Positions 49,766 to 60,302 of a stretch of DNA of 64,000 nucleotides are shown here, in pieces. The notes under the pieces were generated by a model. It did not search any database, had not been told where the DNA came from, and saw only the letters and a program-made list of their open reading frames with translations. The position numbers were made by a program, and so were the translations under genes. The first letter of the stretch is position 1. Each line of letters begins with the position of its first letter. Origin of the DNA: Candidatus Saccharimonadota bacterium (lineage in GTDB: Bacteria; Patescibacteriota; Saccharimonadia; QS-5-54-17); assembly GCA_050486185.1 (NCBI GenBank), contig JBJHCT010000001.1, positions 82,216 to 146,215 on the forward strand. Direction: 5' to 3'.

Positions 49766-51087
49766 TGCGATTTATCCTTTGGCAGGTTTTCTCGCCACTT
49801 AAATCTCAGTGGGGTTCCAGCAAAATCATACTCTTCTCTAAGTCTAGATTCTAGGTAGCGCTTATACGACCAGTGTAGATACGGAGTGTCTTTGCCGAAG
49901 ACTGTAAAGGTCGGAGGATTGACTTCAGTTTGAGTGATGTAGCGTAGTTTCGGATGCTTGTTTTTAAGCCCTGCCGGCGGATGAGCGCCGGTGGCTTCTT
50001 CTAGTGCTTTATTAAGCTGTCTGGTGGTGAGTTTCTTTTGTCTATTTTGTTGCACTTCACCAGCTATATCTAACATCTTAAAGACGTTGTGTTTAGTGGT
50101 AGCTGACGTCATCAGTAGTGGTGCCCACCAGATAAATTGAAACTGGTGCCTTATAGCGGCGGCGATACGTCTAGTCGCCTCCTCATCTCGACTAGTTAAG
50201 TCCCATTTATTTGCAGCGATCAAGATGCCTTTACCGGATTCACGGATCATACCGGCAATACGCTGGTCTCCTGCTACAGCCGGTTCCTCAGCATCAATAA
50301 CTAATATGCAAACGTCACTATCGTTAATAGCGCGCAGGGTTCTAAGAGCACTAAACCTTTCTATATCATCAGAGCGTTTAGCGGTCCTTCTCAGCCCAGC
50401 TGTATCATACAAGCGCCACTGCTTGTCTTTATGAGTGATGATGACATCGCTAGCGTCTCTAGTGGTGCCGGCTTGATCGCTCACTATAGCTCGCTCCTCA
50501 CCAGCTAGGACGTTTAATAGACTGCTTTTGCCGACGTTGGGCCTACCAAGTAGTGCTACAGTATCGATATGTTTCGTTTCTGACGTAGTTTGATCGGGTA
50601 TTAACTCTACCAATACATCTAGTAGGTCACCGCTACCGGTGCCGTGTATAGCCGATACCGGCACAATATGTTTCGCAGGCAGTTTATCTAGCTCTACTTG
50701 AGTATTTTTACGGTCCGACTTATTAGCAGCTACTACTAAGGGTTTAGATGATTTGTAGGCATCTTTGATGATGCGGCTATCTTCGTCACTTAATATAGTA
50801 CTGCTATCGATTACGATCATAATTACATCGGCTACATCTATAGCTGCTTTTAGCTGGGCTTGCATCGAGATTTCTAGTTCATTGTCTGCCCTCTCAAACC
50901 CAGCAGTATCTATGAGCCAAAAGCTTTTGCCGTTCCACCTAGTAACACCTTGGACCCTATCCCTAGTTGTTCCAGGCATGTCAGATACTACGGCCTTACG
51001 TTCACCTAGCAGTCGATTAAATAGGCTAGATTTGCCGACGTTGGTCCGTCCGATGATGGCGATTATGGGTAGATTATCTTGCTTCAT
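49762..51087 (-). CDS. der: Ribosome biogenesis GTPase Der
   Basis: Two G domains (GRTNVGKSS, GRPNVGKSS), KH-like tail. Confidence 0.96.
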   Translation of the reverse strand: MKQDNLPIIAIIGRTNVGKSSLFNRLLGERKAVVSDMPGTTRDRVQGVTRWNGKSFWLIDTAGFERADNELEISMQAQLKAAIDVADVIMIVIDSSTILSDEDSRIIKDAYKSSKPLVVAANKSDRKNTQVELDKLPAKHIVPVSAIHGTGSGDLLDVLVELIPDQTTSETKHIDTVALLGRPNVGKSSLLNVLAGEERAIVSDQAGTTRDASDVIITHKDKQWRLYDTAGLRRTAKRSDDIERFSALRTLRAINDSDVCILVIDAEEPAVAGDQRIAGMIRESGKGILIAANKWDLTSRDEEATRRIAAAIRHQFQFIWWAPLLMTSATTKHNVFKMLDIAGEVQQNRQKKLTTRQLNKALEEATGAHPPAGLKNKHPKLRYITQTEVNPPTFTVFGKDTPYLHWSYKRYLESRLREEYDFAGTPLRFKWRENLPKDKSQ

Positions 51088-51118
51088 TACTAATACATAG
51101 TAGCATTATCTATCTAAA

Positions 51119-51769
51119 CTATGCCTTTTTGTATTTAGCTTCTTGCATATCACCTAAAACATATTCACCAAACTGTGTTCTCAGTAGATCTACTATCTCA
51201 TAATCCAAAGCTTCAAAAGTTTTACGTATCTGGCGGTTTCGCCCCTCACTCATAACCACCTGCCATATATTACCCCGAAGGTGTCTAAGTTTTAGTTTAC
51301 TCGTATATCCTTCTAGCTCGATACCGTCTTCTATTCTTTTTTGGTCCTCGCTACTCAAAGGTCTATTTAGAGTAACTTCATAGACTTTATCTTTACTGTA
51401 CTTAGGATGAGTTAGTTTCTGTGCTAGCTCCCCATCATTTGTTAATAGGATTAGTCCCCTAGAGTCTTTATCTAATCTACCAACAGTTTTGAGATGCTTT
51501 AGATCTTGGGGCAATAGCTCGTAGATTGTGGGAGTATCATCTTGCCTGACTTTGCTACAGATTACACCTTTTGGCTTATGGAAGGCGATGGTGGTGGTTG
51601 GGTTGGGTCTTAATAACTCACCATCCAGCATGATTATGTCATCATCTCCTACTCTTTGACCCGCAGTTGGCGGATGGTTATTTACTAGCACTCTACCGGC
51701 AGCTATTAACTCATCGGCTTTGCGTCTAGATAATCCGGTGCTTTGGGCTATATACTTATTGATTCTCAA
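51119..51769 (-). CDS. RsuA/RluB family pseudouridine synthase
   Basis: S4 domain (SRRKAD), GRLDKDS.GL, EGRNRQIR. Confidence 0.92.
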   Translation of the reverse strand: MRINKYIAQSTGLSRRKADELIAAGRVLVNNHPPTAGQRVGDDDIIMLDGELLRPNPTTTIAFHKPKGVICSKVRQDDTPTIYELLPQDLKHLKTVGRLDKDSRGLILLTNDGELAQKLTHPKYSKDKVYEVTLNRPLSSEDQKRIEDGIELEGYTSKLKLRHLRGNIWQVVMSEGRNRQIRKTFEALDYEIVDLLRTQFGEYVLGDMQEAKYKKA

Positions 51770-51778
51770 GGAGTAAAA

Positions 51779-52636
51779 CTATTTTTTCTTAGAAGCTTTT
51801 TTAGCCTTCTTGGCTTTCTTTGCCTTCTTTTTATCTGATTCATCGTCTTTAGCCTGAGTTTCTGCATCTTGGCTATCATCCCCATCATCGGAGTTTTGGC
51901 TTTGGACTAATTGCTCAATTTCAGCAATTTCTTCAGGAGTAGCTGTCAGCCTGGTCGGCATCGATCCTGAATTATCATCCCCTACATTATCATCGCTCTG
52001 TTCAGTGGGCGCATTTAAATCAGGATTTACTTGATTGATTTGGTTAGTTACAGCTTCCTCTATACCGTTTTGAGATTGAATATCTTGACCAGGAGTTTGA
52101 TCTGGAATTTGAGTAGCGTTATTTTGCGCAGGACCATCGCCATAGCCACCACTAGCATATGAATTAGGAGTATTAGTGTCTGTTGGATTATTCGAATCAG
52201 TGCCATCATTTGTTGCTTCAGCTGCTTGGGTAGCACCTGAAGCTGCTGGAGTATCATCGTTACCTGATACCTCAGCAACCATAGCTTTGACAGTACTAAC
52301 AACATCTTCTAGAGTGATCTGTGACTTAACTAAATATTTATCAGCTCCTAATTTCTCGCCTCTATCTTTATCGGTCTCTTGTGATAGCGCCGATAGCATA
52401 ATAACTTTAGCGTCTTTGGTTTCGGGGGTAGAACGCAAGATATCCAGTACATCAAAACCGCTGATTTTAGGCATCATCACATCTAAGACTATGACGCTGG
52501 GTTTTTCTGCCACCGCCTTAGTTAAAGCCTCTTCCCCATCTGAAGCAGTAACAATATCATAGTTCTCAGCACCTAGCCTAGCTGCATAGATTTCTCGTAA
52601 GTTTATATCGTCTTCTACTAGTAAAACTTTTGTCAT
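51779..52636 (-). CDS. Response regulator receiver with long disordered tail
   Basis: LLVEDD, LDVMMPKISGFDVL; acidic linker, K/A-rich end. Confidence 0.88.
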   Translation of the reverse strand: MTKVLLVEDDINLREIYAARLGAENYDIVTASDGEEALTKAVAEKPSVIVLDVMMPKISGFDVLDILRSTPETKDAKVIMLSALSQETDKDRGEKLGADKYLVKSQITLEDVVSTVKAMVAEVSGNDDTPAASGATQAAEATNDGTDSNNPTDTNTPNSYASGGYGDGPAQNNATQIPDQTPGQDIQSQNGIEEAVTNQINQVNPDLNAPTEQSDDNVGDDNSGSMPTRLTATPEEIAEIEQLVQSQNSDDGDDSQDAETQAKDDESDKKKAKKAKKAKKASKKK

Positions 52637-52641
52637 TGCTT

Positions 52642-54411
52642 TTATTCTACTGTACTTGTGCTTGTTGGCGCAACTATATCACCAGGTTCAGCCGGTACAT
52701 CTTCACCCTTAGCCCGTCTCTCTAGCTGAGACTTTATCTTATTAGCCTGCTCTTGATTGAGCCTAGGCAGAGTAAAGAAGAAGTGACTACCCTGTCCTTC
52801 CCTGCTCTCTACCCAAATACGGCCTTGATAGAGCTCGATGATGGTTCTAGCTAAGTATAGTCCTAGGCCGGTACCACCAATCTCTCTAGTAGCGGTACTA
52901 TCGACTCGGTAGAACTTTTGAAATAGGTGTTTGACTTCATCTTCAGGTATGCCGATGCCTTGATCGTGGACACCAACGGTAACGTATTTATCATCTCCGG
53001 TAATCGAGACGCTAACTTCACCTTTAGGTGTGAACTTTATACCGTTATCTACTAGGTTGGTTAGTACTTCTCTAATTCTCTCAGGATCGGCATTAACGAA
53101 GAATAACGGTAGGACCTGGTTATGGGCTACTGCCGTCTTGTCGTTTGAGGCTTTTAGTTTGAGGCTTAGGTTTTTCTCCTCGGCCTTAAAGCTTAGTTCA
53201 TCGATGACGTTGTTGACTAGCTTGCTCATCTCAAACGGTTCTGGATGGTTGGCCAATCTACCATCTTCGACTTTGGTGATTGATAGGAGGTCTTGGAAGA
53301 GTTTGCCTAGATGTCTGGTTGATTCATAGGCTTTAGTGATATAGTTGCGGGCATTTTCATCAACCTTTGATACCTGCTCATTCATGGCTAGAGATAAAAA
53401 GCCTTCAATTGCGGCCACGGGTGTACGCATCTCATGTGATGCAGTAGAGATAAACTCATCTCGCTGTCTAGCAGTTCTTTTTTCATCGCTAATATCACGA
53501 AACACACCGATAGCACCGGCTATTTGGTTGTCTTTAGAAAATATCGGCGAGGCCACAATCGATAGGTGGATTTTGCGTTTAGCTCGATTCAAAATTATAA
53601 AATCATTGCTCCTAATGCTTGATTTAGTCTTCATAGCTCGCTTGAAAGGGTCATGACCCTCATCAATCTTATTACCCTCTTCATCCTCTAAAGTGATGAC
53701 GTTTTGATAGTGGATGCCGATAGCTTCTTCTTGGGGCCAACCTGAGATAATGCAGGCCGGTCCATTAAATAGCTGGATGACTCCTTCATAATCAATTACT
53801 ACTACCCCATCACCGATACTACGCAGCAAGATATCTGATTTAGTCTGCTCTACCTGGAGTTTTTGCGATAGTTTAGTGACCTGAGTATCACCACTTGTCT
53901 CTTGGGGGTGGTTGCGCCATAGCCATAGACCTAAATATCCAGCTACTCCACTAGCGACAAGAAATACAATGTTATCGAGTAGATACCTCCAAGAATCATC
54001 ACTCAAAAGAGCACTGATAAATAGCATAATGGCGGTGATTGATATATAGATACTCAAGGCAGTTAATCCTAAGACAGCAGATGAGAGGATGATCATCAGC
54101 CAAAAGGCAAAGTAGGCCGAAGCAAAGCCACCAGTAGCAAGTGTTAAGATAGCGATATTGAGGCTAAATAGCCCCATATCTATGGCTGTAGCTATCACCT
54201 GAGACTTTTCATTAACCCATAGTCTAATTAAGGCAAAGTAGATCATATGCACTACAGCTATCCCTAGGTTTAGCGGTGAAGTACCCAGGAGCTCTCCAGG
54301 ACCTAAGAACTGACCCAGCAGTAGAGTTAGGTATAATACGATAATAGCTGCACTACCTATTAGGTAGGTGATTTGCAACCTGCTATATATTTGCTCAGGG
54401 ATATTTTGCAT
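52642..54411 (-). CDS. Membrane PAS/PAC histidine kinase
   Basis: Multi-TM, SIGDGV, HEMRTP, NGIKFT, GGTGLGL. Confidence 0.92.
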   Translation of the reverse strand: MQNIPEQIYSRLQITYLIGSAAIIVLYLTLLLGQFLGPGELLGTSPLNLGIAVVHMIYFALIRLWVNEKSQVIATAIDMGLFSLNIAILTLATGGFASAYFAFWLMIILSSAVLGLTALSIYISITAIMLFISALLSDDSWRYLLDNIVFLVASGVAGYLGLWLWRNHPQETSGDTQVTKLSQKLQVEQTKSDILLRSIGDGVVVIDYEGVIQLFNGPACIISGWPQEEAIGIHYQNVITLEDEEGNKIDEGHDPFKRAMKTKSSIRSNDFIILNRAKRKIHLSIVASPIFSKDNQIAGAIGVFRDISDEKRTARQRDEFISTASHEMRTPVAAIEGFLSLAMNEQVSKVDENARNYITKAYESTRHLGKLFQDLLSITKVEDGRLANHPEPFEMSKLVNNVIDELSFKAEEKNLSLKLKASNDKTAVAHNQVLPLFFVNADPERIREVLTNLVDNGIKFTPKGEVSVSITGDDKYVTVGVHDQGIGIPEDEVKHLFQKFYRVDSTATREIGGTGLGLYLARTIIELYQGRIWVESREGQGSHFFFTLPRLNQEQANKIKSQLERRAKGEDVPAEPGDIVAPTSTSTVE

Positions 54412-54537
54412 ACATCTTATGGTTATTTATGCTACTTAGTATATCCTATATATGGCTTAAGATATAGCGGTTAATCCTGATATGTTTTATACTGTTACAC
54501 TGCTAGGTTTGAAATCTTTCTCAAGTATTTCATATTT

Positions 54538-54613
54538 GGCCCCATCGTCTAGTGGCCTAGGACACCAGGTTCTCATCCTGGAAACCGGGGTTCGACTCCC
54601 CGTGGGGTCACCA
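54538..54613 (+). tRNA. tRNA-Glu(CTC)
   Basis: GGCCCCA acceptor, anticodon arm CCAGG-TTCTCAT-CCTGG, GGTTCGACT, encoded CCA. Confidence 0.95.
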
Positions 54614-54669
54614 TAGTAACATTACATATTGAAAAAGTATCTAGTTTATACCTAACAAGCTATTTGTAC

Positions 54670-54699
54670 TTGTTAAGTAAAAAGTGTTATACTTAACAA
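54670..54699. promoter_or_regulatory. Inverted-repeat operator upstream of fic
   Basis: TTGTTAAGTA-N10-TACTTAACAA. Confidence 0.6.
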
Positions 54700-54719
54700 A
54701 ATATGAATGGATGTAAAGT

Positions 54720-55853
54720 ATGCAATTAGGAAATTTCGTCAAACAACCACAAGGCTACAAGGCCTACATTCCTGCTGATTTTCCACCCTCAGAATCACTA
54801 TTGATAACACCAGATATTATTCTAGCTAATGATGCTGCGACTCGTGCACTCAGTAAACTGGATGGAGTGGCTCAGCTAATTCCTGATATTAACTTTTTCA
54901 CCTTTATGTATGTCCGCAAAGAAGCGGCGTTGTCTAGCAATATTGAGGGTACTAAAGCTACTATGCACGACTCCCTAAAGGCGGACATAGAAATAACGGA
55001 AGGTGTACCAAAAGATGTTGAAAATATTACCCACTATATATCTGCACTGAATTATGGTCTTGATCGTCTGAAGGATTTACCCTTGTCAACAAGGTTGATA
55101 AAAGAGATTCACAACAAGCTGATGGCCGGAACCGCTGAAGGTATAGGTAAAACCCCTGGTCAGATTAGAACTTCACAGAACTGGATCAATGGTACTAAAC
55201 CTGAGAATTCAGATTTCGTACCACCTCCTCCAACAGAATTGAGCAGGTGCTTAAAGGATTTCGATACATTTCTCAATACTGAGCAACCCTATACGCCGTT
55301 AGTGCAGGCTGCATTAATGCATGCTCAATTCGAAACAATTCACCCTTTCCTTGACGGTAACGGCAGGACCGGTAGACTACTAATTACGCTACATCTTTGT
55401 AGTACGGGTGTTTTAGAGTATCCAATCTTATATATTTCTGAGTACTTTAAAAAATATAGAGATGTTTACTTCGACAGACTATCAGGTTATCACAACGAAA
55501 GTGACATCAATGGGTGGCTACTATTCTTTTTGGAAGGAATTGAAACTGTGGCCAAGGAAGCAACTATAGTATCTAAAGAAGTTGTCAAGCTGCGTGAGCG
55601 TGATGGAGTAAAAATCCAAAGTTTAGGCGGAAGACAGTCCGAGTCAGCCATGAAATTACTCATGGGGCTATACAGGCAGCCAATAGTTGACGTAGCAACA
55701 GTAGAAAAAATAACAGGTCTTTCTAGACCGGCTGCTAACGCCTTGGTTAAGAAATTTACAGATATTGGAGTACTAGCTCAAGCTGATGAAGACACAAAAT
55801 ACGGACGTGAATTTAGCTATGACGAATATCTAGCTCTCTTCGTAGAAAAATAG
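54720..55853 (+). CDS. Fic family protein (Fic_N + Fic + C-terminal HTH)
   Basis: EAALSSNIEG, HPFLDGNGRTGR. Confidence 0.93.
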   Translation: MQLGNFVKQPQGYKAYIPADFPPSESLLITPDIILANDAATRALSKLDGVAQLIPDINFFTFMYVRKEAALSSNIEGTKATMHDSLKADIEITEGVPKDVENITHYISALNYGLDRLKDLPLSTRLIKEIHNKLMAGTAEGIGKTPGQIRTSQNWINGTKPENSDFVPPPPTELSRCLKDFDTFLNTEQPYTPLVQAALMHAQFETIHPFLDGNGRTGRLLITLHLCSTGVLEYPILYISEYFKKYRDVYFDRLSGYHNESDINGWLLFFLEGIETVAKEATIVSKEVVKLRERDGVKIQSLGGRQSESAMKLLMGLYRQPIVDVATVEKITGLSRPAANALVKKFTDIGVLAQADEDTKYGREFSYDEYLALFVEK

Positions 55854-56002
55854 AGGCAACAATCAGTCATGAGTTTGGTAGATATAGATCCTGAATATAT
55901 AAGGGACGCCCAGTGCTAACTAAGTACCGATTACGCGAGGGAGCCGAATACTGAACACCATAGTAAACCAACGTATACTAAAGATGAATTGGAAAGATTA
56001 AT

Positions 56003-56191
56003 ATGAATCATTTGTTAATTAAATTTACCAATACAGTCCGTGGCCAGCATAGCGCTAGAGAGAACTTCCTCAGCTACTCATCTGAGAAGCAGAAGAAGAT
56101 TCTAAAGCGTGCTATTGAAGGTGCTAACCAACGACAAATGGAGTTGGAGAAACAGTATCTGAAGACTGAATCTCAATCTAGAGCTAGATAG
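56003..56191 (+). CDS. Small hypothetical protein
   Basis: ORF; F...SSE.QKK....AI..AN..Q helix. Confidence 0.45.
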   Translation: MNHLLIKFTNTVRGQHSARENFLSYSSEKQKKILKRAIEGANQRQMELEKQYLKTESQSRAR

Positions 56192-56264
56192 GTTTTAGGA
56201 ACGGGGCTTAGGTGGTAAGGGTTTTTTGTAGGAACCTGCTTTAATACTACTGCCTAAAATATTC

Positions 56265-56654
56265 TTACGAATTTCCCAGTATCTGATCAATCAGACTAAC
56301 CAATTTTGAAGGTGTCACGTCAGCTTTAATTAAATAACCATCGGCTTGTGCTTCCATAGCGCGTCTAGAGTCATCATCTTGAGCTAGATTGGTCAGCACT
56401 ACTACCTTGGTATTGCTTAAATCAGCATGAGGATCGTTCCTTAGATTTTCTAAAACTTCGATACCCAACATCTCAGGCATCATGATATCGAGCAAGATGA
56501 GATTATATTGACCGGTCTTGGCTTTCTTTAAGCCCTCCTTACCATCAGTGGCAGCTTCTACGCTGTAGCCGTGCTTTTCGATGACGTGGCTGTACATATC
56601 GACCATAAATGGGTCGTCTTCTATGAAAAGTATTTTGTGAGTTTTATCTGCCAT
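56265..56654 (-). CDS. Stand-alone response regulator receiver
   Basis: FIEDD, LDIMMP, LTN, YLIK; AGGAGG SD. Confidence 0.92.
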   Translation of the reverse strand: MADKTHKILFIEDDPFMVDMYSHVIEKHGYSVEAATDGKEGLKKAKTGQYNLILLDIMMPEMLGIEVLENLRNDPHADLSNTKVVVLTNLAQDDDSRRAMEAQADGYLIKADVTPSKLVSLIDQILGNS

Positions 56655-56685
56655 ATGATTTCCTCCTAATGCTTTTAGCTTCTAG

Positions 56686-58176
56686 CTAACCTCTATATAT
56701 CGAGTGACTTCTAATCCAACCATGCACATCTCGCGTGATGCTGTTATCCTCATTATCACCTTCCGGGCTGTCTTTATCAACTATAGGTAGTTCAAAGCCG
56801 AATGTAGAGCCTTTGCCCTCCTTGCTCTCTACCCAGATGCGGCCACCATGAGCCTCAACGATGGCTCTAGACATATATAGGCCTAAGCCCGTACCTCGGT
56901 GGGAGCTGCGAGTGCGGTGGGAGCGATAGAATTTGGTGAAAAGTTTGGCCATGGCATTTTCTGGTATACCTACCCCCTCATCGATAACTTCGGTGATGAC
57001 ACTTTTATCACCCTTACGAACTATTACTTTAATAGTCTTGTCTCTTTCGGAGTATTTAATAGCGTTATCGACTAAGTTAGTGATAACTTCAGTGATACTA
57101 ACCCTATCGACCGATACTTTCGGCAAACTATCGGGTATATTGACTATCAGCTTTTTACCTTGAGTTTTAGCTTTCTTATCAAGATCACTACAGGCCATCA
57201 ACATAATCTCTTTCCAGTTAGCCGTTTGCTTATTGAGACTCAACTCACCATGCTCAATGTTTGAGACATGCAATATATTATTAATCGATCCAGCTAGCTG
57301 AGAGGCCGATATATCGAGTCTTTTAATGAACTCACGGTGCTCTGGATCTAGCTGTTCGCCGACTTCTTGTTCTAATATCTCGATGTAGCCACGGATAATA
57401 GTGACTGGAGTGCGCAGTTCATGGGCGGCTAGAGCTACGAAGTCTACCTTCATATCCTCCACCTGCTGTTCTTGGGTTCGGTTATGGAAAGTTACTAGCA
57501 TTCGCACACCATTTAAATCGGCTCCGACATATGAGGCCTCAACATCAAAAACCATCTCTCCTTCTGGACCCTGGAAACTAACTCCCTCCCAGGAATTCTC
57601 ACGCATATCACTGCCCTTTGACTCATCAAACCACTGATTAAGTATTAGTTGCTTATGTTGAGTTAAGGGCAGTACTTCATTGACGTGTTTACCGGCTACT
57701 TCCTCGATTCGTAGTCCCGTTATGGCCGATGCTGCTTTGTTAAATAGAATAATGCGCTTGTCTTTATCTAGCGCTATCACCCCATCTTTAATGGAGTTTA
57801 AGATCATTCTTAAGCGATTGGCTTCTGAGACTATGACTTCGGTTTCAGCTTGGGTGCGGGTTACAAACTCTTGGAGCTTACCGATAATTGAGTTGAGTGA
57901 TTTAGCAATACTACCAAAGATACCCGGCATATCCTCCCTAGCTCTAATAGTGAGAGTGCCGCTAGCTACATTATTAATATTCTCAGCTAAATCTCCTAGA
58001 GGTTTGCTGATATATCTTTTCAAACCCCAAGCAAAGATAACACTTAAGACTAAAATCAGCCCTAGTAACATCCAATCGAAACTAAAACCTAGATAAAGTA
58101 CCAAGACAGCTAGTAAACCTATAGGTACTACCTGCACTAGAATAACTAAAATTAATAGTTTGCTTCGCCAGCTCAT
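56686..58176 (-). CDS. HAMP-PAS histidine kinase
   Basis: 2 TM, HAMP, PAS, HELRTP, NAIKYS, GTGLGL. Confidence 0.92.
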   Translation of the reverse strand: MSWRSKLLILVILVQVVPIGLLAVLVLYLGFSFDWMLLGLILVLSVIFAWGLKRYISKPLGDLAENINNVASGTLTIRAREDMPGIFGSIAKSLNSIIGKLQEFVTRTQAETEVIVSEANRLRMILNSIKDGVIALDKDKRIILFNKAASAITGLRIEEVAGKHVNEVLPLTQHKQLILNQWFDESKGSDMRENSWEGVSFQGPEGEMVFDVEASYVGADLNGVRMLVTFHNRTQEQQVEDMKVDFVALAAHELRTPVTIIRGYIEILEQEVGEQLDPEHREFIKRLDISASQLAGSINNILHVSNIEHGELSLNKQTANWKEIMLMACSDLDKKAKTQGKKLIVNIPDSLPKVSVDRVSITEVITNLVDNAIKYSERDKTIKVIVRKGDKSVITEVIDEGVGIPENAMAKLFTKFYRSHRTRSSHRGTGLGLYMSRAIVEAHGGRIWVESKEGKGSTFGFELPIVDKDSPEGDNEDNSITRDVHGWIRSHSIYRG

Positions 58177-59237
58177 TGATACTCAAAAGTCCTTCCCGAT
58201 GGTAGCGCGGCCAACCAAGTATCACCCTTGGCTAGCTCGACTTCCTTGCCGCTACTATCTAGTAGTTCAATTCGGTTGCTGTAGCTAGTTTGCCTCCAGG
58301 TAATGCTCTGTCTGCGGCCGTCCTTGAACAAGGTGGCATTACCAGAGCCAATAGTATTGAGCACTACATACTGACCATTTTGACTGGAGGTCATGTTCAA
58401 GACTATTACATTATCTACTCTTATAGCCTTTCCAGTTTCTCTATCTATATGCGGACTACCTGCCATATAGCGTATGTAGTTGTTGTTGTCTGGATCGTAT
58501 CTAAACTCTGCTTGGTATAGTGAGCTGGAGTAATTGATGGTGATGCGAGAAGCTTGCGGACTCTCAGCCGGGTTCGGTTCACTCCGTGGTATCTCTTTGA
58601 AACTGCTACGGTTGTAGCCTAAACTGACGGCTAGGTTACGTAAATCTGTCACAGAAGAGTACATGTTGTGTGGTGCGAAGCGGTCACTAGCACGGTAGTA
58701 CGGAGCGCTATAGGTAAATTGATTCAAAGTCTTGGCGTTTCTGGCCGGCAGTAGATTTAGAGCTTGAGCGCTACCACCTACGTGGGCGATGGCAGCATCA
58801 AAACCCATAAACCAATCAACATAGTAGGGTCTAAGACTTCTAATAGGTCCAACTTTTGAGGGGCTACGGTCTTGAAAGAGCGCTATAAAGCGAGTAATAC
58901 CGCCCTCTGCTACAGTTTCAAATACTACACCGGCGCTATCTAGTCCTGATTGTGGTCTAGCATCCGGTGAGTTTTCGATCATCACAGCAATGACTGGCCG
59001 TCTAGCCACGCTAGGATCAACCTCTACACCAGTAAGTGGTGCCGGTTCGGTTATAGCTAGCTCACCAGTTACGCTGGTATCTCTACTCAACCTATCAACT
59101 CCATGAGCGGAATCTAGCTGCAGCACCCAGATACTGGCTCCAACAACTAATATGGCTGAAACTGCTGAGATTGGTTTCCAGTGTTTTACTATCCAGTCTT
59201 TGAAGTTGTAGAGGGTGTCTAGGATATTTTTAAGCAT
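58173..59237 (-). CDS. DUF3048 family exported protein
   Basis: PLTG, AVMIENSPDARPQSGL, EGGITRF, GPIRS.R, APHN. Confidence 0.85.
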   Translation of the reverse strand: MLKNILDTLYNFKDWIVKHWKPISAVSAILVVGASIWVLQLDSAHGVDRLSRDTSVTGELAITEPAPLTGVEVDPSVARRPVIAVMIENSPDARPQSGLDSAGVVFETVAEGGITRFIALFQDRSPSKVGPIRSLRPYYVDWFMGFDAAIAHVGGSAQALNLLPARNAKTLNQFTYSAPYYRASDRFAPHNMYSSVTDLRNLAVSLGYNRSSFKEIPRSEPNPAESPQASRITINYSSSLYQAEFRYDPDNNNYIRYMAGSPHIDRETGKAIRVDNVIVLNMTSSQNGQYVVLNTIGSGNATLFKDGRRQSITWRQTSYSNRIELLDSSGKEVELAKGDTWLAALPSGRTFEYQ

Positions 59238-59282
59238 AAAGGTATTCTCTCAATATTTATTGTTTTAATCTAGGCTAAAACT

Positions 59283-60302
59283 TTACAAACTACCAGCTAT
59301 TCTCACTATCTCCTCTGGGTCTAGCTCACCCTCTGCCTCGATTTCATAAAGCACCCCGCCGTTAACCCAAACTGCATGTCGATCGTCATACGTGTAGATA
59401 GTCAGGCCTTTGTCTCGGTAAGTCACAAAGGTACTGGTGCGTAGTTTGACATATTCTTCTAGTAGGCTATTTGAGTCCCAGCGAGTACTGCTTTGCGATA
59501 GCGATATACGTTTATCATCTCCGCCCTGGAAGTTAACTACTAGTTGCCCTGGGCTATAGGCTATAGGGCCGCTGAAACTATAACCTGATGGTAGATACCC
59601 AGGCATACTAGCATTTATGCTGGCTCTAGAAGCTGCTACGCGCAATGCCATGTTGGGATAGTTCAGATAGGTTACGTAACCAACTAGCAACACCATACTG
59701 GCCGTTATAGCGGCTAATCTCATGAAATTAGCACTAAATGGATTGGCTAATTTAAGCTTTGGCATCCTAATCTTAGCTATAGCTGACTTCTTCTGGTCCT
59801 CATCATCTAGATTTACTTCCGCCAACTGCTCACTGGCTGCTTCTATGGGTTTTTTGGGCACTTTGTGCTTGTGTCTTGGCTGCATTTTGGAAACTTGCGC
59901 CTCAGGTGGCGCTTCTTTGATAGTATTTTCGGCTGCTTTAACTAGATCAGGGTGTTCAACAGCTAGATTCAAGGCATCTTTTGCTACTGAGTGGTTGAGA
60001 TTGGCTTGAGGTTTAGCCTTTGGGCTGTAGTTACCGACCTGCTTAACCTTGCTGTATTGGCTTTGACTTAGGTCTAGTACGTTGCTTAAGGTAGGAGATT
60101 GTCTCAGCCAAGCATCGGCTTCTTTAGTTTGGGTGGCGGTATTTTCTTGAGGTGGTTGGTAGTTACCGATCTTGCGAGCATCAACAGTATTTTCAGTCTC
60201 AAAGCTACCTAGCCTATCGGCTGCTTGCTCAGAGCAATTAGCGCAAAAGTCTCGTCCATGTATAGTTTTAAAGTCTGATTTTTGGCACTTAGCACATTTC
60301 AT
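59283..60302 (-). CDS. Zn-ribbon + TM + DUF4367-like protein
   Basis: CxxC...CxxC, TM, P.YLP.GY, WVNGG..Y.I. Confidence 0.65.
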   Translation of the reverse strand: MKCAKCQKSDFKTIHGRDFCANCSEQAADRLGSFETENTVDARKIGNYQPPQENTATQTKEADAWLRQSPTLSNVLDLSQSQYSKVKQVGNYSPKAKPQANLNHSVAKDALNLAVEHPDLVKAAENTIKEAPPEAQVSKMQPRHKHKVPKKPIEAASEQLAEVNLDDEDQKKSAIAKIRMPKLKLANPFSANFMRLAAITASMVLLVGYVTYLNYPNMALRVAASRASINASMPGYLPSGYSFSGPIAYSPGQLVVNFQGGDDKRISLSQSSTRWDSNSLLEEYVKLRTSTFVTYRDKGLTIYTYDDRHAVWVNGGVLYEIEAEGELDPEEIVRIAGSL

